Source of the DNA: Solirubrobacterales bacterium
GTDB lineage: Bacteria; Actinomycetota; Thermoleophilia; Solirubrobacterales; 70-9
Direction of reading: 5' to 3'
DNA length: 64,000 nt
NCBI GenBank assembly: GCA_020438425.1
Contig: JAGQUQ010000001.1
Location: 50,277-114,276, forward strand
Under the pieces are notes generated by a model. It did not search any database. It was not told the origin of the DNA and was given only the letters and a program-made list of their open reading frames with translations. Made by a program: the position numbers and the translations under genes. Below, piece by piece: positions 8,000 through 18,656 of the stretch (position 1 is its first letter; each line of letters begins with the position of its first letter).

Positions 8000-10900
8000 A
8001 TGGCCGAAGCAACCGCTGTTGAAGTGACGATGCCCGAGATGGGCGAGTCGGTGACCGAAGGGACCGTGCTCGAGTGGCACGTGGCGGTCGGCGACACCAT
8101 CGAGGAGGGCGAAACCCTCGTGGAGGTCTCGACCGACAAGGTCGATGCCGAGGTCCCCTCCCCGGTGACCGGGACAGTGACCGAGCTTCGTGCCGAAGTC
8201 GATGAGGAGATCCCGGTCGGTGCAGTGCTGGCAGTGATCGATCCCGACGCTTCCGGCTCCGGCCCGGCCAGGACCACCGCAACCGGTGAAGGCGACGCCG
8301 ACCTCGGTGACGACGTCAACCCCAGAGCTACCTCGGCTCCGAACGGCGATGCTCCTTCGAGCGACGGCCCGTCCGCCGATCCGATCGAGGTGACGATGCC
8401 CGAGATGGGCGAGTCGGTGACCGAAGGGACCGTGCTCGAGTGGCATGTCGCCGTCGGGGACCAGGTCGAGGAAGGCCAGACCCTGATCGAGGTCTCGACC
8501 GACAAGGTCGACGCCGAGGTACCGGCCCCGACCGCGGGTGAGATCACCGAGCTGCTGGTCGAGCCGGACCAGGAAATACCGATTGGAGCGGCGCTCTGCA
8601 GGATGATTCCCGGATCCGGTTCGGGCGGCGGCAACGGTGCCGCCCCGGCCGAAGCGGCTCCCGAAGCGCCAGCCGGCGATGCCGGTGACGTCGGTGATGG
8701 CCGCGCCACCCCGGTCGCGAAGAGGATTGCGGCCGCCAGGGGCCTCAAGCTGAGCCAGGTGACCGGCAGCGGACCCGGAGGCAAGGTCACCAAGGCCGAC
8801 GTGCTCGCAGCCGGCGACGGAGCCGGCCCGGCGGCAGCGGCCGATCGTGACGAGAAGGCACTCCGCGGACCGGCCGGGATGCTGGCCAAGGCGATGGACG
8901 AGAGCCGCTCGATCCCGACCGCGACCTCTTTCCGCACGGTGGCGGTCGACACCCTCGACGCCAAGCGCAAGGGCCTAAACGGGGCCCTGGCCGCCCGCGG
9001 CATGAAGGTTTCCTTCACCCACCTGGTCGCCTGGGCGATCGTCCAGTCAGCTCGCAAGTGGCCGGTCATGGCCCGCCACTTCGAGGACCGCGACGGCAAG
9101 CTCTTCTCGGTCTCCGACGGGCAGGTAAACCTCGGCATCGCGGTCGACGTGGAAAAGAAGGACGGCTCCCGCGCGCTCATGGTCCCGGCGATCAAGGGCG
9201 CCGACCAGCTCGACTTCCCGGCCTTCCACGCCTACTACGAGGACCTGATCACCAAGACCCGCGAGAACCGGCTGACCCCGGATGACTTTGCCGGCACCAA
9301 CATCACCCTGACCAACCCCGGCGGAATCGGCACCGTCGCTTCGGTTCCCCGCCTGATGAACGGGCAGGGCACGATCGTCGCGGCCGGATCGATCGCCTAC
9401 CCGCCCGAGTGGTCACATGCCGATCAGGAGAAGATCGAAGCGCTCGGCGTCTCCAAGGTGATGACCCTGACCTCGACCTACGACCACCGGATCATCCAGG
9501 GTGCCGAGTCGGGCAACTTCCTCAAGACGCTCGACGGGCTGCTGGCCGGCGGCGACGATTTCTACGAGTCGGTTGCCGACGACCTCGGGATCGACCGCAC
9601 GGTTCTCACCGCCGCCCAGCCGAAAGCGAAGCTGGCTCCCCCGCTGGCTGCCGCCGCCGCTCCGGCACCGAGCGCGATCGCCGAGGCCCCCAGCCCCGAA
9701 CTCCTGCAGGCGGTGCAGGCTGCGACCTCGCTGCTCAAGGCCTACCGCACCCACGGTCACCTCGCCGCCCACCTCGACCCGCTCGGCGCCGAGCCGAAGG
9801 GCGACCCCGCACTCGATCCCGAAACCGTTCACCTGACCCCCGAACTGATGGCCCAGGTCCCGGCCTCGATCCTGCGGATCGGTGTTCCCGGCGAAACCCT
9901 GCTCGAGGCCCTGCCCCGGATGAAGGCCGCCTACACAGGGTCGATCGGTTACCAGTTCGAGCACATCTCCTCCCACAGCCAGCGGGTCTGGCTGCGCGAG
10001 ATGGTCGAAACCGGAGCCCACCGCAAGGCGCTCGACACCGACGAACAGAAGCGCCTGCTGGGCCGGCTGATCGACGTGTTCGAGTTCGAGCGTTTCCTTG
10101 AGAAGGCTTATCTGGGCCAGAAGATGTTCTCGATTGAAGGGCTCGACTCGGTGGTCACGATGCTTGACGAGCTGACCACGCTGGCCGCTCGCGGCGGCGC
10201 CAGGGAAGTCGTGCTCGGCATGGCCCACCGGGGCCGGCTCTCGGTCCTCGCCCACACGGTACGCCGCCCGGCCGAAGCGATCTTCGCCGAGTTCGAAGGC
10301 GGCAAGCGAATCGAGGACGTCAAGGCGGTGGCCGCGATCCCGCATGGCGGAACTGGCGACGTCAAGTACCACTACGGGCACGAGGGGATCGCCGAACATC
10401 ACGACGGATCGAAGATTTCGGTTCACCTCTACCCGAACCCGAGTCATCTCGAGTTCGTAAATCCGGTCGTTACCGGTGCGACCCGCTACTCCCAGGGCGA
10501 CATCGAAGGCAGCAGCCTGACTCTTGATCCGTCAAAGGCGGTACCGGTCGTGCTCCACGGTGACGCCGCCTTCCCCGGCCAGGGAGTGGTGGCCGAGACC
10601 TTCAACCTCCAGTCACTCGAGGGCTACTCGGTCGGCGGCACGATCCACATCATCGAGAACAACCAGATCGGGTTCACAACCGATCCCAACGAGGGACGAT
10701 CGACTCCGTACGCGGCCGACATGGCCAAAGGTTTCAACGTGCCGATCATCCACGTCAACGCCGACGACGTCGAGTCCTGCTCCCAGGCCATGCGTCTGGC
10801 GATGGCATATCGCGACCGCTGGAACCGGGACATCGTGATCGATGTGATCGGCTACCGCCGCTTCGGCCACAACGAAACCGACGAACCGGCCTACACGCAG

Positions 10901-12304
10901 CCCCTGATGGCGGCCGAGATCAAGAAACACAAGCCGGTGTCGGAGATCTACACCGAGAAGCTGATCGAACAGAAGGTCGTGACCGCGGAGGAAGTCGAGG
11001 CCGCAGCCGACAAGCGCCGGACCTACCTGAAGGAAACCCTCGACAGCCTGCGGGAAAAGATGGACTCGGGGGTCTACGAGGACCCGACCGTGACCAATGT
11101 CGGAACCGGCGAACTCGACCGCTCGGCCAGCCCGCCGGTCCAGACCGCCGTTCCGGCCGAGCGTCTGCGTGAACTGAACCAGGCGTTGCTCGAAACCCCG
11201 GCCAGCTTCACGGTCCACCGCAAGCTGCGCAAGCCGCTCGGACGCCGGATCGAGGCGCTTGAAGAGGGCGGAATCGAGTTCGCCCATGCCGAATCGCTGG
11301 CCCTGGCCTCGCTGATCACCGAGGGCAAGGCGGTCCGCATGACAGGCCAGGACACCGAACGCGGGACCTTCTCCCAGCGTCACCTCGTGCTCCACGACGA
11401 GAAGACCGGCATCAAGTACGCGCCGATCCAGCACCTGAAGGACGCGAGTGCGCCCTTCGAACTTCACAACAGTCCCCTCTCGGAGATCGCCTGCCTCGGC
11501 TTCGAGTACGGCTACGCCTCATCGAATGCCGACTCGCTCGTGTTGTGGGAAGCCCAGTTCGGCGACTTCGCCAACTCCGCCCAGGTGATCATCGACAGTT
11601 TCATCGCCTCCGGTGAAGCCAAGTGGGGCCTGACCTCGCGGCTCACCCTGCTGCTTCCCCACGGTCACGAAGGTGCCGGACCCGAACATTCGAGTGCCCG
11701 GATGGAGCGATTCCTCCAGTTGGCTGCCGAGGGATCGATGCGGGTCGCCAACCCTTCGACCGCGGCCCAGTACTTCCACCTGCTGCGGCGACAGGCCCTG
11801 ATCAAAAAGGCCCGTCCGCTGGTCGTCTTCACCCCGAAGGGAATGCTGAGGCAAAACGCGGCTACCGCAAGCCTGAACCAGCTGACCGAGGAGCACTTCC
11901 ACTTCATCCTCGACGATCCGAAGGCGGTGGACCGGCGGGAGAAGGTCGAGCGCCTGGTCCTCTGTTCCGGTCGCATCTACCACGACATGGACGCCGCGGG
12001 CTCCCGCGAGAGCGCCGAAAGCGTTGCGGTTGCCAGGGTCGAACTGCTCTACCCCTTCCCGGGTCAGCAACTGGCCGAGATGTTCAGGCAGTACCCCAAC
12101 CTGAAGGAAGTCGCCTGGGTTCAGGAAGAACCGAAGAACATGGGAGCCTGGGCCACGATGTGGCGGCGTCTGCCCCCGATTCTGCCGGAAGGCGTAAATC
12201 TCGAATACATCGGCCGACCGGAACGATCGAGCCCGTCCGAGGGCTATTCGGTCGCCCACATCCGCGAGCAGGAACGCATAGTCCTCACGGCATTGACTCC
12301 GTGA
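8000..12304 (+). CDS. odhA: Multifunctional 2-oxoglutarate dehydrogenase: complete E2o (2 lipoyl domains, E3-binding domain, succinyltransferase core) fused to E1o (OdhA/Kgd family)
   Basis: The track ORF is 7949-12304. I prefer ATG 8000 (MAEATAVEVTMPEMGES), which follows GGAG at 7993-7996. Two lipoyl domains each contain EVSTDKVDAEVP. The E3-binding motif is PVAKRIAAARGLKLSQVTGSGPGGKVTKADV. The acyltransferase catalytic motif is STYDHRIIQGAESG. E1o motifs are GMAHRGRLSVLAH, HGDAAFPGQGVV and IGYRRFGHNETDEP. Confidence 0.9.
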   Translation: MAEATAVEVTMPEMGESVTEGTVLEWHVAVGDTIEEGETLVEVSTDKVDAEVPSPVTGTVTELRAEVDEEIPVGAVLAVIDPDASGSGPARTTATGEGDADLGDDVNPRATSAPNGDAPSSDGPSADPIEVTMPEMGESVTEGTVLEWHVAVGDQVEEGQTLIEVSTDKVDAEVPAPTAGEITELLVEPDQEIPIGAALCRMIPGSGSGGGNGAAPAEAAPEAPAGDAGDVGDGRATPVAKRIAAARGLKLSQVTGSGPGGKVTKADVLAAGDGAGPAAAADRDEKALRGPAGMLAKAMDESRSIPTATSFRTVAVDTLDAKRKGLNGALAARGMKVSFTHLVAWAIVQSARKWPVMARHFEDRDGKLFSVSDGQVNLGIAVDVEKKDGSRALMVPAIKGADQLDFPAFHAYYEDLITKTRENRLTPDDFAGTNITLTNPGGIGTVASVPRLMNGQGTIVAAGSIAYPPEWSHADQEKIEALGVSKVMTLTSTYDHRIIQGAESGNFLKTLDGLLAGGDDFYESVADDLGIDRTVLTAAQPKAKLAPPLAAAAAPAPSAIAEAPSPELLQAVQAATSLLKAYRTHGHLAAHLDPLGAEPKGDPALDPETVHLTPELMAQVPASILRIGVPGETLLEALPRMKAAYTGSIGYQFEHISSHSQRVWLREMVETGAHRKALDTDEQKRLLGRLIDVFEFERFLEKAYLGQKMFSIEGLDSVVTMLDELTTLAARGGAREVVLGMAHRGRLSVLAHTVRRPAEAIFAEFEGGKRIEDVKAVAAIPHGGTGDVKYHYGHEGIAEHHDGSKISVHLYPNPSHLEFVNPVVTGATRYSQGDIEGSSLTLDPSKAVPVVLHGDAAFPGQGVVAETFNLQSLEGYSVGGTIHIIENNQIGFTTDPNEGRSTPYAADMAKGFNVPIIHVNADDVESCSQAMRLAMAYRDRWNRDIVIDVIGYRRFGHNETDEPAYTQPLMAAEIKKHKPVSEIYTEKLIEQKVVTAEEVEAAADKRRTYLKETLDSLREKMDSGVYEDPTVTNVGTGELDRSASPPVQTAVPAERLRELNQALLETPASFTVHRKLRKPLGRRIEALEEGGIEFAHAESLALASLITEGKAVRMTGQDTERGTFSQRHLVLHDEKTGIKYAPIQHLKDASAPFELHNSPLSEIACLGFEYGYASSNADSLVLWEAQFGDFANSAQVIIDSFIASGEAKWGLTSRLTLLLPHGHEGAGPEHSSARMERFLQLAAEGSMRVANPSTAAQYFHLLRRQALIKKARPLVVFTPKGMLRQNAATASLNQLTEEHFHFILDDPKAVDRREKVERLVLCSGRIYHDMDAAGSRESAESVAVARVELLYPFPGQQLAEMFRQYPNLKEVAWVQEEPKNMGAWATMWRRLPPILPEGVNLEYIGRPERSSPSEGYSVAHIREQERIVLTALTP
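8024..8079 (+). repeat. Copy 1 of a 56-nt perfect direct repeat (start of lipoyl domain 1)
   Basis: gtgacgatgcccgagatgggcgagtcggtgaccgaagggaccgtgctcgagtggca is identical to 8390-8445, 366 nt (122 codons) downstream. Confidence 0.9.
8390..8445 (+). repeat. Copy 2 of the 56-nt perfect direct repeat (start of lipoyl domain 2)
   Basis: Identical to 8024-8079. The flanking parts of the two lipoyl domains have diverged at many synonymous and non-synonymous sites. Confidence 0.9.
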
Positions 12305-12314
12305 TTTACCGCAA

Positions 12315-12343
12315 TTGACGCGCGTCGCCAATAGGTGTATAAA
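12315..12343 (+). promoter_or_regulatory. Strong sigma-70-like promoter 10 nt after the odhA stop, firing into the 440-bp intergenic region
   Basis: TTGACG (12315-12320), an exactly 17-nt spacer, then TATAAA (12338-12343) preceded by TG. The predicted TSS is near 12350. This is a sequence match only. Confidence 0.45.
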
Positions 12344-12349
12344 CTGCCT

Positions 12350-12600
12350 TGCAGGTCCGCAGTAGCAGTAGGGAGAAAAGGGAAGGAGCAGGATCGGACC
12401 AGCGCCCCGGAGGGGTTGCTCACCAGTCGAAATTTTCCAAGCCCGCTTCCGGAGGTTTATCCCCGGAGGCGTTCGCGTCGGCATCCCTCCCTGGCTACCG
12501 ACGCGCAGGCGTGGTGAGGGTCGCGCGGACCCCCTGCCTCCCGCGACCCTCGCCCGCCAACTCTTAACAGGAGTCGGGCGGGGTCCAACCCGCCCTCCCT
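12350..12600 (+). ncRNA. Candidate structured small RNA or long structured 5' leader (unclassified; C-rich hairpin loops reminiscent of the actinobacterial 6C sRNA)
   Basis: It lies downstream of the 12315-12343 promoter. No convincing ORF is present; the three overlapping track ORFs have Arg/Pro/Gly-rich junk composition. Hairpin 1: 12477-12481/12498-12502, loop CAUCCCUCCCUGGCUA. Hairpin 2: a 10-bp stem 12516-12525/12542-12551, loop CGGACCCCCUGCCUCC. Hairpin 3: a 7-bp stem 12576-12582/12589-12595. The ends are not defined. Confidence 0.25.
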
Positions 12601-12742
12601 GAGAAACCCGCCGACCCATTCACATTCACTGACGGATGGGCCGGCTCCGCTGGTTGGCGATACCGGCCGGCCCACTGGATGTCCCGGCTCTCTTGGTGGC
12701 ATTGTTGATTGACACGCGTCCCTCCTTTACGCTTGTCTGGTC

Positions 12743-13996
12743 ATGAGGACTTTCAGGGGGATTTCTGTTTTCTTTGCTGCCTTGGTGGTGATGGTTGCGC
12801 TGCCGGGTGTCGCGCAAGGCGGGGTGATGCCTGTTTCCGTGTCGCTGGAAGGCCAGCCGTACTCGGCCGACTGGCCTGACTCTCCTGATTTCACTGCGCG
12901 TTTGAAGGTTGTGGCGGGCGAGGAAGGGGCCGAGTTCGGGTTCAGGGTTGACCCGACCTACTGGGGTGTCGATGGTGTCTCCGGACTTGTGTTCCGGGAC
13001 GGCCAGGCCGCGCTCGATGGTCCCGGACAGCTGACCTCAGAGCGCGCCGGGGCCGGCGGACCCTCCGCCATGCCCGGCTACTGCGCCCGGGGCGAATCGC
13101 TTCCGGGTTTCCACAACGAACTGAAGCTTCCCCCCAACGCATCCACCGTGGTCGAGATGCCGGTCTCGCTCACCGCGTCACCACTCGCAGGGATGGACTC
13201 GACGCTGCGAATCAGCTATTACGCGACTTCGCACTCCAGCCTTTCCCCGGTGATCGAAAGCCCGGTTCAGGTCGGGGGCAAGAGCGGTGTGGTGGTGCGG
13301 TTCGACACAGGCAGCGTCCCGGGCTACCTTGAGGCAAGCAACCGCAAGCCGGTCATTCTCGCCGGCTCCACCTCACCAGCCCTGCCGAACACCGAGATCC
13401 TGATCAAGGCGACCCCCTTCATCGCCGGAAATCCGCCCCCGCCCGATCGCTGGATCAGGGTCACCACCGACTCTGAAGGCAACTTCAGCCAGAAAGTCAG
13501 TTTCGGGCGGAGTGCTTTCTGGCGCCTTGTCGCCTTTCCGCAGGATGACTCCACCTACGACGATGAGCCGAGTTGCGGACCGACCCTCAAGTCCACGGTC
13601 GACACCTACCTGGCCACCTACAGCGACCTGAACAACAGGACCTTCCGCTCCGAGTCGGTTCAGGGGACGAAGAAGCTGATCGGCCAGAAGAAGATCACCC
13701 TTTCCTTCTCCGGAGGCAAGTGGGTCGATCACGACGGGAATTCGTCGACGCCAAACCGTCTGATCTACTACCTGACCGGCAATGCCGGCTGCAACACGAT
13801 CTTTGGCCAATACTGGCTGAAGGATGGCCGGCTCGTCTGGTCGAGGTACCTGGGGAGCACCGAGATGGCCTGCCCGAAGCCGGTGGACAAGTGGCTCATC
13901 CGCACCCTCCGCAGGGGCGTCAAGGCACGCCTGGTCAAAGGCAAGCTCGTCCTGACGGGCGGACGAGGAATCAGGATCACCCTGGCTGCGAAGTAG
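12743..13996 (+). CDS. Secreted protein: unknown N-terminal region, carboxypeptidase-regulatory-like beta-sandwich, and a C-terminal META (HslJ-like) domain
   Basis: 417-aa ORF. The signal peptide is MRTFRGISVFFAALVVMVALPGVAQG. The C-terminal META signature is GNAGCNTIFGQYWLKDGRLVWSRYLGSTEMACP...LVLTGGRGIRITL. No Shine-Dalgarno precedes the ATG, so the mRNA may be leaderless. Confidence 0.7.
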   Translation: MRTFRGISVFFAALVVMVALPGVAQGGVMPVSVSLEGQPYSADWPDSPDFTARLKVVAGEEGAEFGFRVDPTYWGVDGVSGLVFRDGQAALDGPGQLTSERAGAGGPSAMPGYCARGESLPGFHNELKLPPNASTVVEMPVSLTASPLAGMDSTLRISYYATSHSSLSPVIESPVQVGGKSGVVVRFDTGSVPGYLEASNRKPVILAGSTSPALPNTEILIKATPFIAGNPPPPDRWIRVTTDSEGNFSQKVSFGRSAFWRLVAFPQDDSTYDDEPSCGPTLKSTVDTYLATYSDLNNRTFRSESVQGTKKLIGQKKITLSFSGGKWVDHDGNSSTPNRLIYYLTGNAGCNTIFGQYWLKDGRLVWSRYLGSTEMACPKPVDKWLIRTLRRGVKARLVKGKLVLTGGRGIRITLAAK

Positions 13997-14007
13997 AATC
14001 GAGAGGC

Positions 14008-14901
14008 ATGAAGCACCGAGGGAAAACGCTCGCTTTCACGATTCTGCTGCTGATTCTGGCCGGAACCCTGCCGGCAACCGGAGCGGCTGCCAAGGCTCCG
14101 ACCACAAAGTGGTTGCTCGGCAAGCAGTTCCGCTCGGTCCGCGTCGCAGGCCCCCCGGTCCTCGAAGGCCGGACTTTCGGCCTGCGTTTTCTGTTGGCCT
14201 CGAACTTCTCGAATCAGCCGGAGCGACCCACCCTCCGCGTTGCCGGCGGATGCAACACCTGGTCCGCCCGGTTCCGGATTCGCAAGGGACGACTCTTCGT
14301 CTTCGGCGCCGCCATGAGCACCAAGATCGGCTGTCCGGTTGATCCGGACCACCTGCTGAGGAGCAAACTCCGCAAGGGGATGCTGATCCGGCTCAAGGAC
14401 GGCCGCCTGATCGTCACCCGGCCGGCCGAGCGAATCCGCTTCGACCTCAAACGGATCAGCCCGAAAACCTCTCAAGTCGACGAGCCGGACCCAACTGAAA
14501 CTCCCGATCCCGAACCGCGAATCACGGTGCCGGCGACCATGGAAGACGTTCAGAACAAGCGTTACGAGATGCTCGGCATCACCGGACATGACCTGGGCGC
14601 CCCGCTCAAGGTCGGGTTCTGGACCGGCCCGCTACAGCGAAAGGACGACGAGGGCAAACAGGTGATCGGCCCGGGCTTTGGTTTCCAACTCGACTGCAAC
14701 TTCTGGGGCGGCGAGTACGCGATCGAGGACGGCATCTTTTTCTGGAAGGACGTCATCTCGACCCTCGCGCTCTGCGAAGGGTCACAGGAAATGTGGCTGT
14801 ACCGCTTCCTCAAAGGCGAACCGGAAATCGGTCTCGACGGCACCGACCTCGTCCTGCGCAAGGACGGCGTGGAGATCGTCCTGCAGGAAATCCCGAACTG
14901 A
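14008..14901 (+). CDS. Secreted protein with two META domains
   Basis: The track ORF 13573-14901 is trimmed to ATG 14008, which follows GAGAGG. That start gives MKHRGKTLAFTILLLILAGTLPATGAAA (signal peptide). META modules: AGGCNTWSARFRIRKGRLFVFGAAMSTKIGCP and QLDCNFWGGEYAIEDGIFFWKDVISTLALCEG. Confidence 0.7.
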   Translation: MKHRGKTLAFTILLLILAGTLPATGAAAKAPTTKWLLGKQFRSVRVAGPPVLEGRTFGLRFLLASNFSNQPERPTLRVAGGCNTWSARFRIRKGRLFVFGAAMSTKIGCPVDPDHLLRSKLRKGMLIRLKDGRLIVTRPAERIRFDLKRISPKTSQVDEPDPTETPDPEPRITVPATMEDVQNKRYEMLGITGHDLGAPLKVGFWTGPLQRKDDEGKQVIGPGFGFQLDCNFWGGEYAIEDGIFFWKDVISTLALCEGSQEMWLYRFLKGEPEIGLDGTDLVLRKDGVEIVLQEIPN

Positions 14902-14951
14902 ACCAGCCCGGGTTTGTGTGACGGGTTCGGTGTTGTTAGCGTAGTTCCGGC

Positions 14952-15809
14952 ATGAGGCTGTTTTCGAGAGTTGTTTCGGTACTTGGGGCTTTGGTGGTCG
15001 GACTGATGCTGATCTTGAACCCTGGAGCCGCTACCGCCAGGCCGGCTTCGGGCCAGATTCCCGAGGTCGAATCCCTGATCGGCAAGGACTTTCGTTCGGT
15101 CCTGACCAAGGGACTCGCGCAAGTCGGCGCCCGAAGCCTCAGGGTCGAGTTCTTCGAGCATTCCGGGAACCCGGAGCAGGATTCGGCCCCCACCCTTCTG
15201 TTCAGCGCCGGCTGCAACGCGAACGGATCCCGATTCCGGATCAGCGGCGGCCGTCTGATCGCCTACGGCGGATTCACAGGAACGGACGTGGGGTGCGTCG
15301 TCAATCCCGATCCGGGCATTTCCGGTCTATTGGAAAAGGGCTTCACGATCCGCAAGTTCGGGAACCGCCTGGTTCTCTCCCGGCCAGCGGAAGGGGTGAA
15401 GCTGATCCTGGTCCGGGATCTCCCCGGCAAGCCGGCGACCATGGAATCCCTCGACGGCAAGTCCTTCCGGTCGGTCGTGATCCGTGGCGTGAAGGTGAAA
15501 TGGAACAAGATGTACCTCAGCTTCACCACCGGCCCCCTGCCGAGAGAGGACGATCAGGGCCGCCAGGTCGAGGGCCCGCTGATGCTCGCTTCGATCGGCT
15601 GCAACTCAATGGGCGGCGAGTACTCGGTCCGAAACGGGCTGGTCAAGTGGATCGGTGATATCTACTCGACCGCGATGATGTGCTTCCCGTACAACGACGG
15701 CTGGGTGGGTGGCCTGCTTGGAAAGGGTGCACGGGCCTGGATCGCCGGCCCGGTACTCACCCTGACCAGGGGCAAGGACCGGGCCATCCTCCTGCGTACC
15801 GAAACCTGA
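14952..15809 (+). CDS. Secreted protein with two META domains (paralogue of 14008-14901)
   Basis: 285-aa ORF with an N-terminal signal/anchor (MRLFSRVVSVLGALVVGLMLILNPGAATA). META modules: SAGCNANGSRFRISGGRLIAYGGFTGTDVGCV and SIGCNSMGGEYSVRNGLVKWIGDIYSTAMMCF. The architecture is collinear with the preceding gene. Confidence 0.7.
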   Translation: MRLFSRVVSVLGALVVGLMLILNPGAATARPASGQIPEVESLIGKDFRSVLTKGLAQVGARSLRVEFFEHSGNPEQDSAPTLLFSAGCNANGSRFRISGGRLIAYGGFTGTDVGCVVNPDPGISGLLEKGFTIRKFGNRLVLSRPAEGVKLILVRDLPGKPATMESLDGKSFRSVVIRGVKVKWNKMYLSFTTGPLPREDDQGRQVEGPLMLASIGCNSMGGEYSVRNGLVKWIGDIYSTAMMCFPYNDGWVGGLLGKGARAWIAGPVLTLTRGKDRAILLRTET

Positions 15810-15829
15810 ACCGGATCGAAGCTCGCCGA

Positions 15830-18625
<2,796 letters not shown>

Positions 18626-18656
18626 GGTTCTCTTCTCTTGTGTGAGTGGGTGAGGG

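Noticed and set aside
7864-9195. 443-aa minus-strand ORF, and similar long antisense ORFs at 20340-21530, 21358-22731, 22586-23707, 36863-37963, 39850-41349, 42436-43488, 45222-46493 and 48238-49269
   Set aside because: All lie opposite genes with clear family motifs and have Ser/Pro/Arg/Gly-rich shadow composition.
12352-12400. SRP-RNA-like string GGUCCG...GGAAGGAGCAGG...CGGACC
   Set aside because: The purine-rich internal strands cannot form the conserved domain IV symmetric/asymmetric loops or a GNRA tetraloop. The resemblance is superficial.
12590-12680. TPP-riboswitch-like fragments (CUGAGA, ACCC, CUGAC.GGAU..GCCGGC)
   Set aside because: Only short pieces match. The spacing and the pyrophosphate-sensor helix consensus do not fit, and the downstream gene is unrelated to thiamine.
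12709-12737. Second TTGACA hexamer as a standard promoter for the first META gene
   Set aside because: No acceptable -10 lies at 16-18 nt. Only a TAcgcT hexamer occurs, at 13 nt. I keep it as a possible leaderless-type promoter in the findings, not as a feature.
13573-14007. Upstream 145 codons of track ORF 13573-14901
   Set aside because: It overlaps the 3' half of the preceding META gene in another frame. A signal peptide and a GAGAGG ribosome-binding site mark ATG 14008 as the real start.
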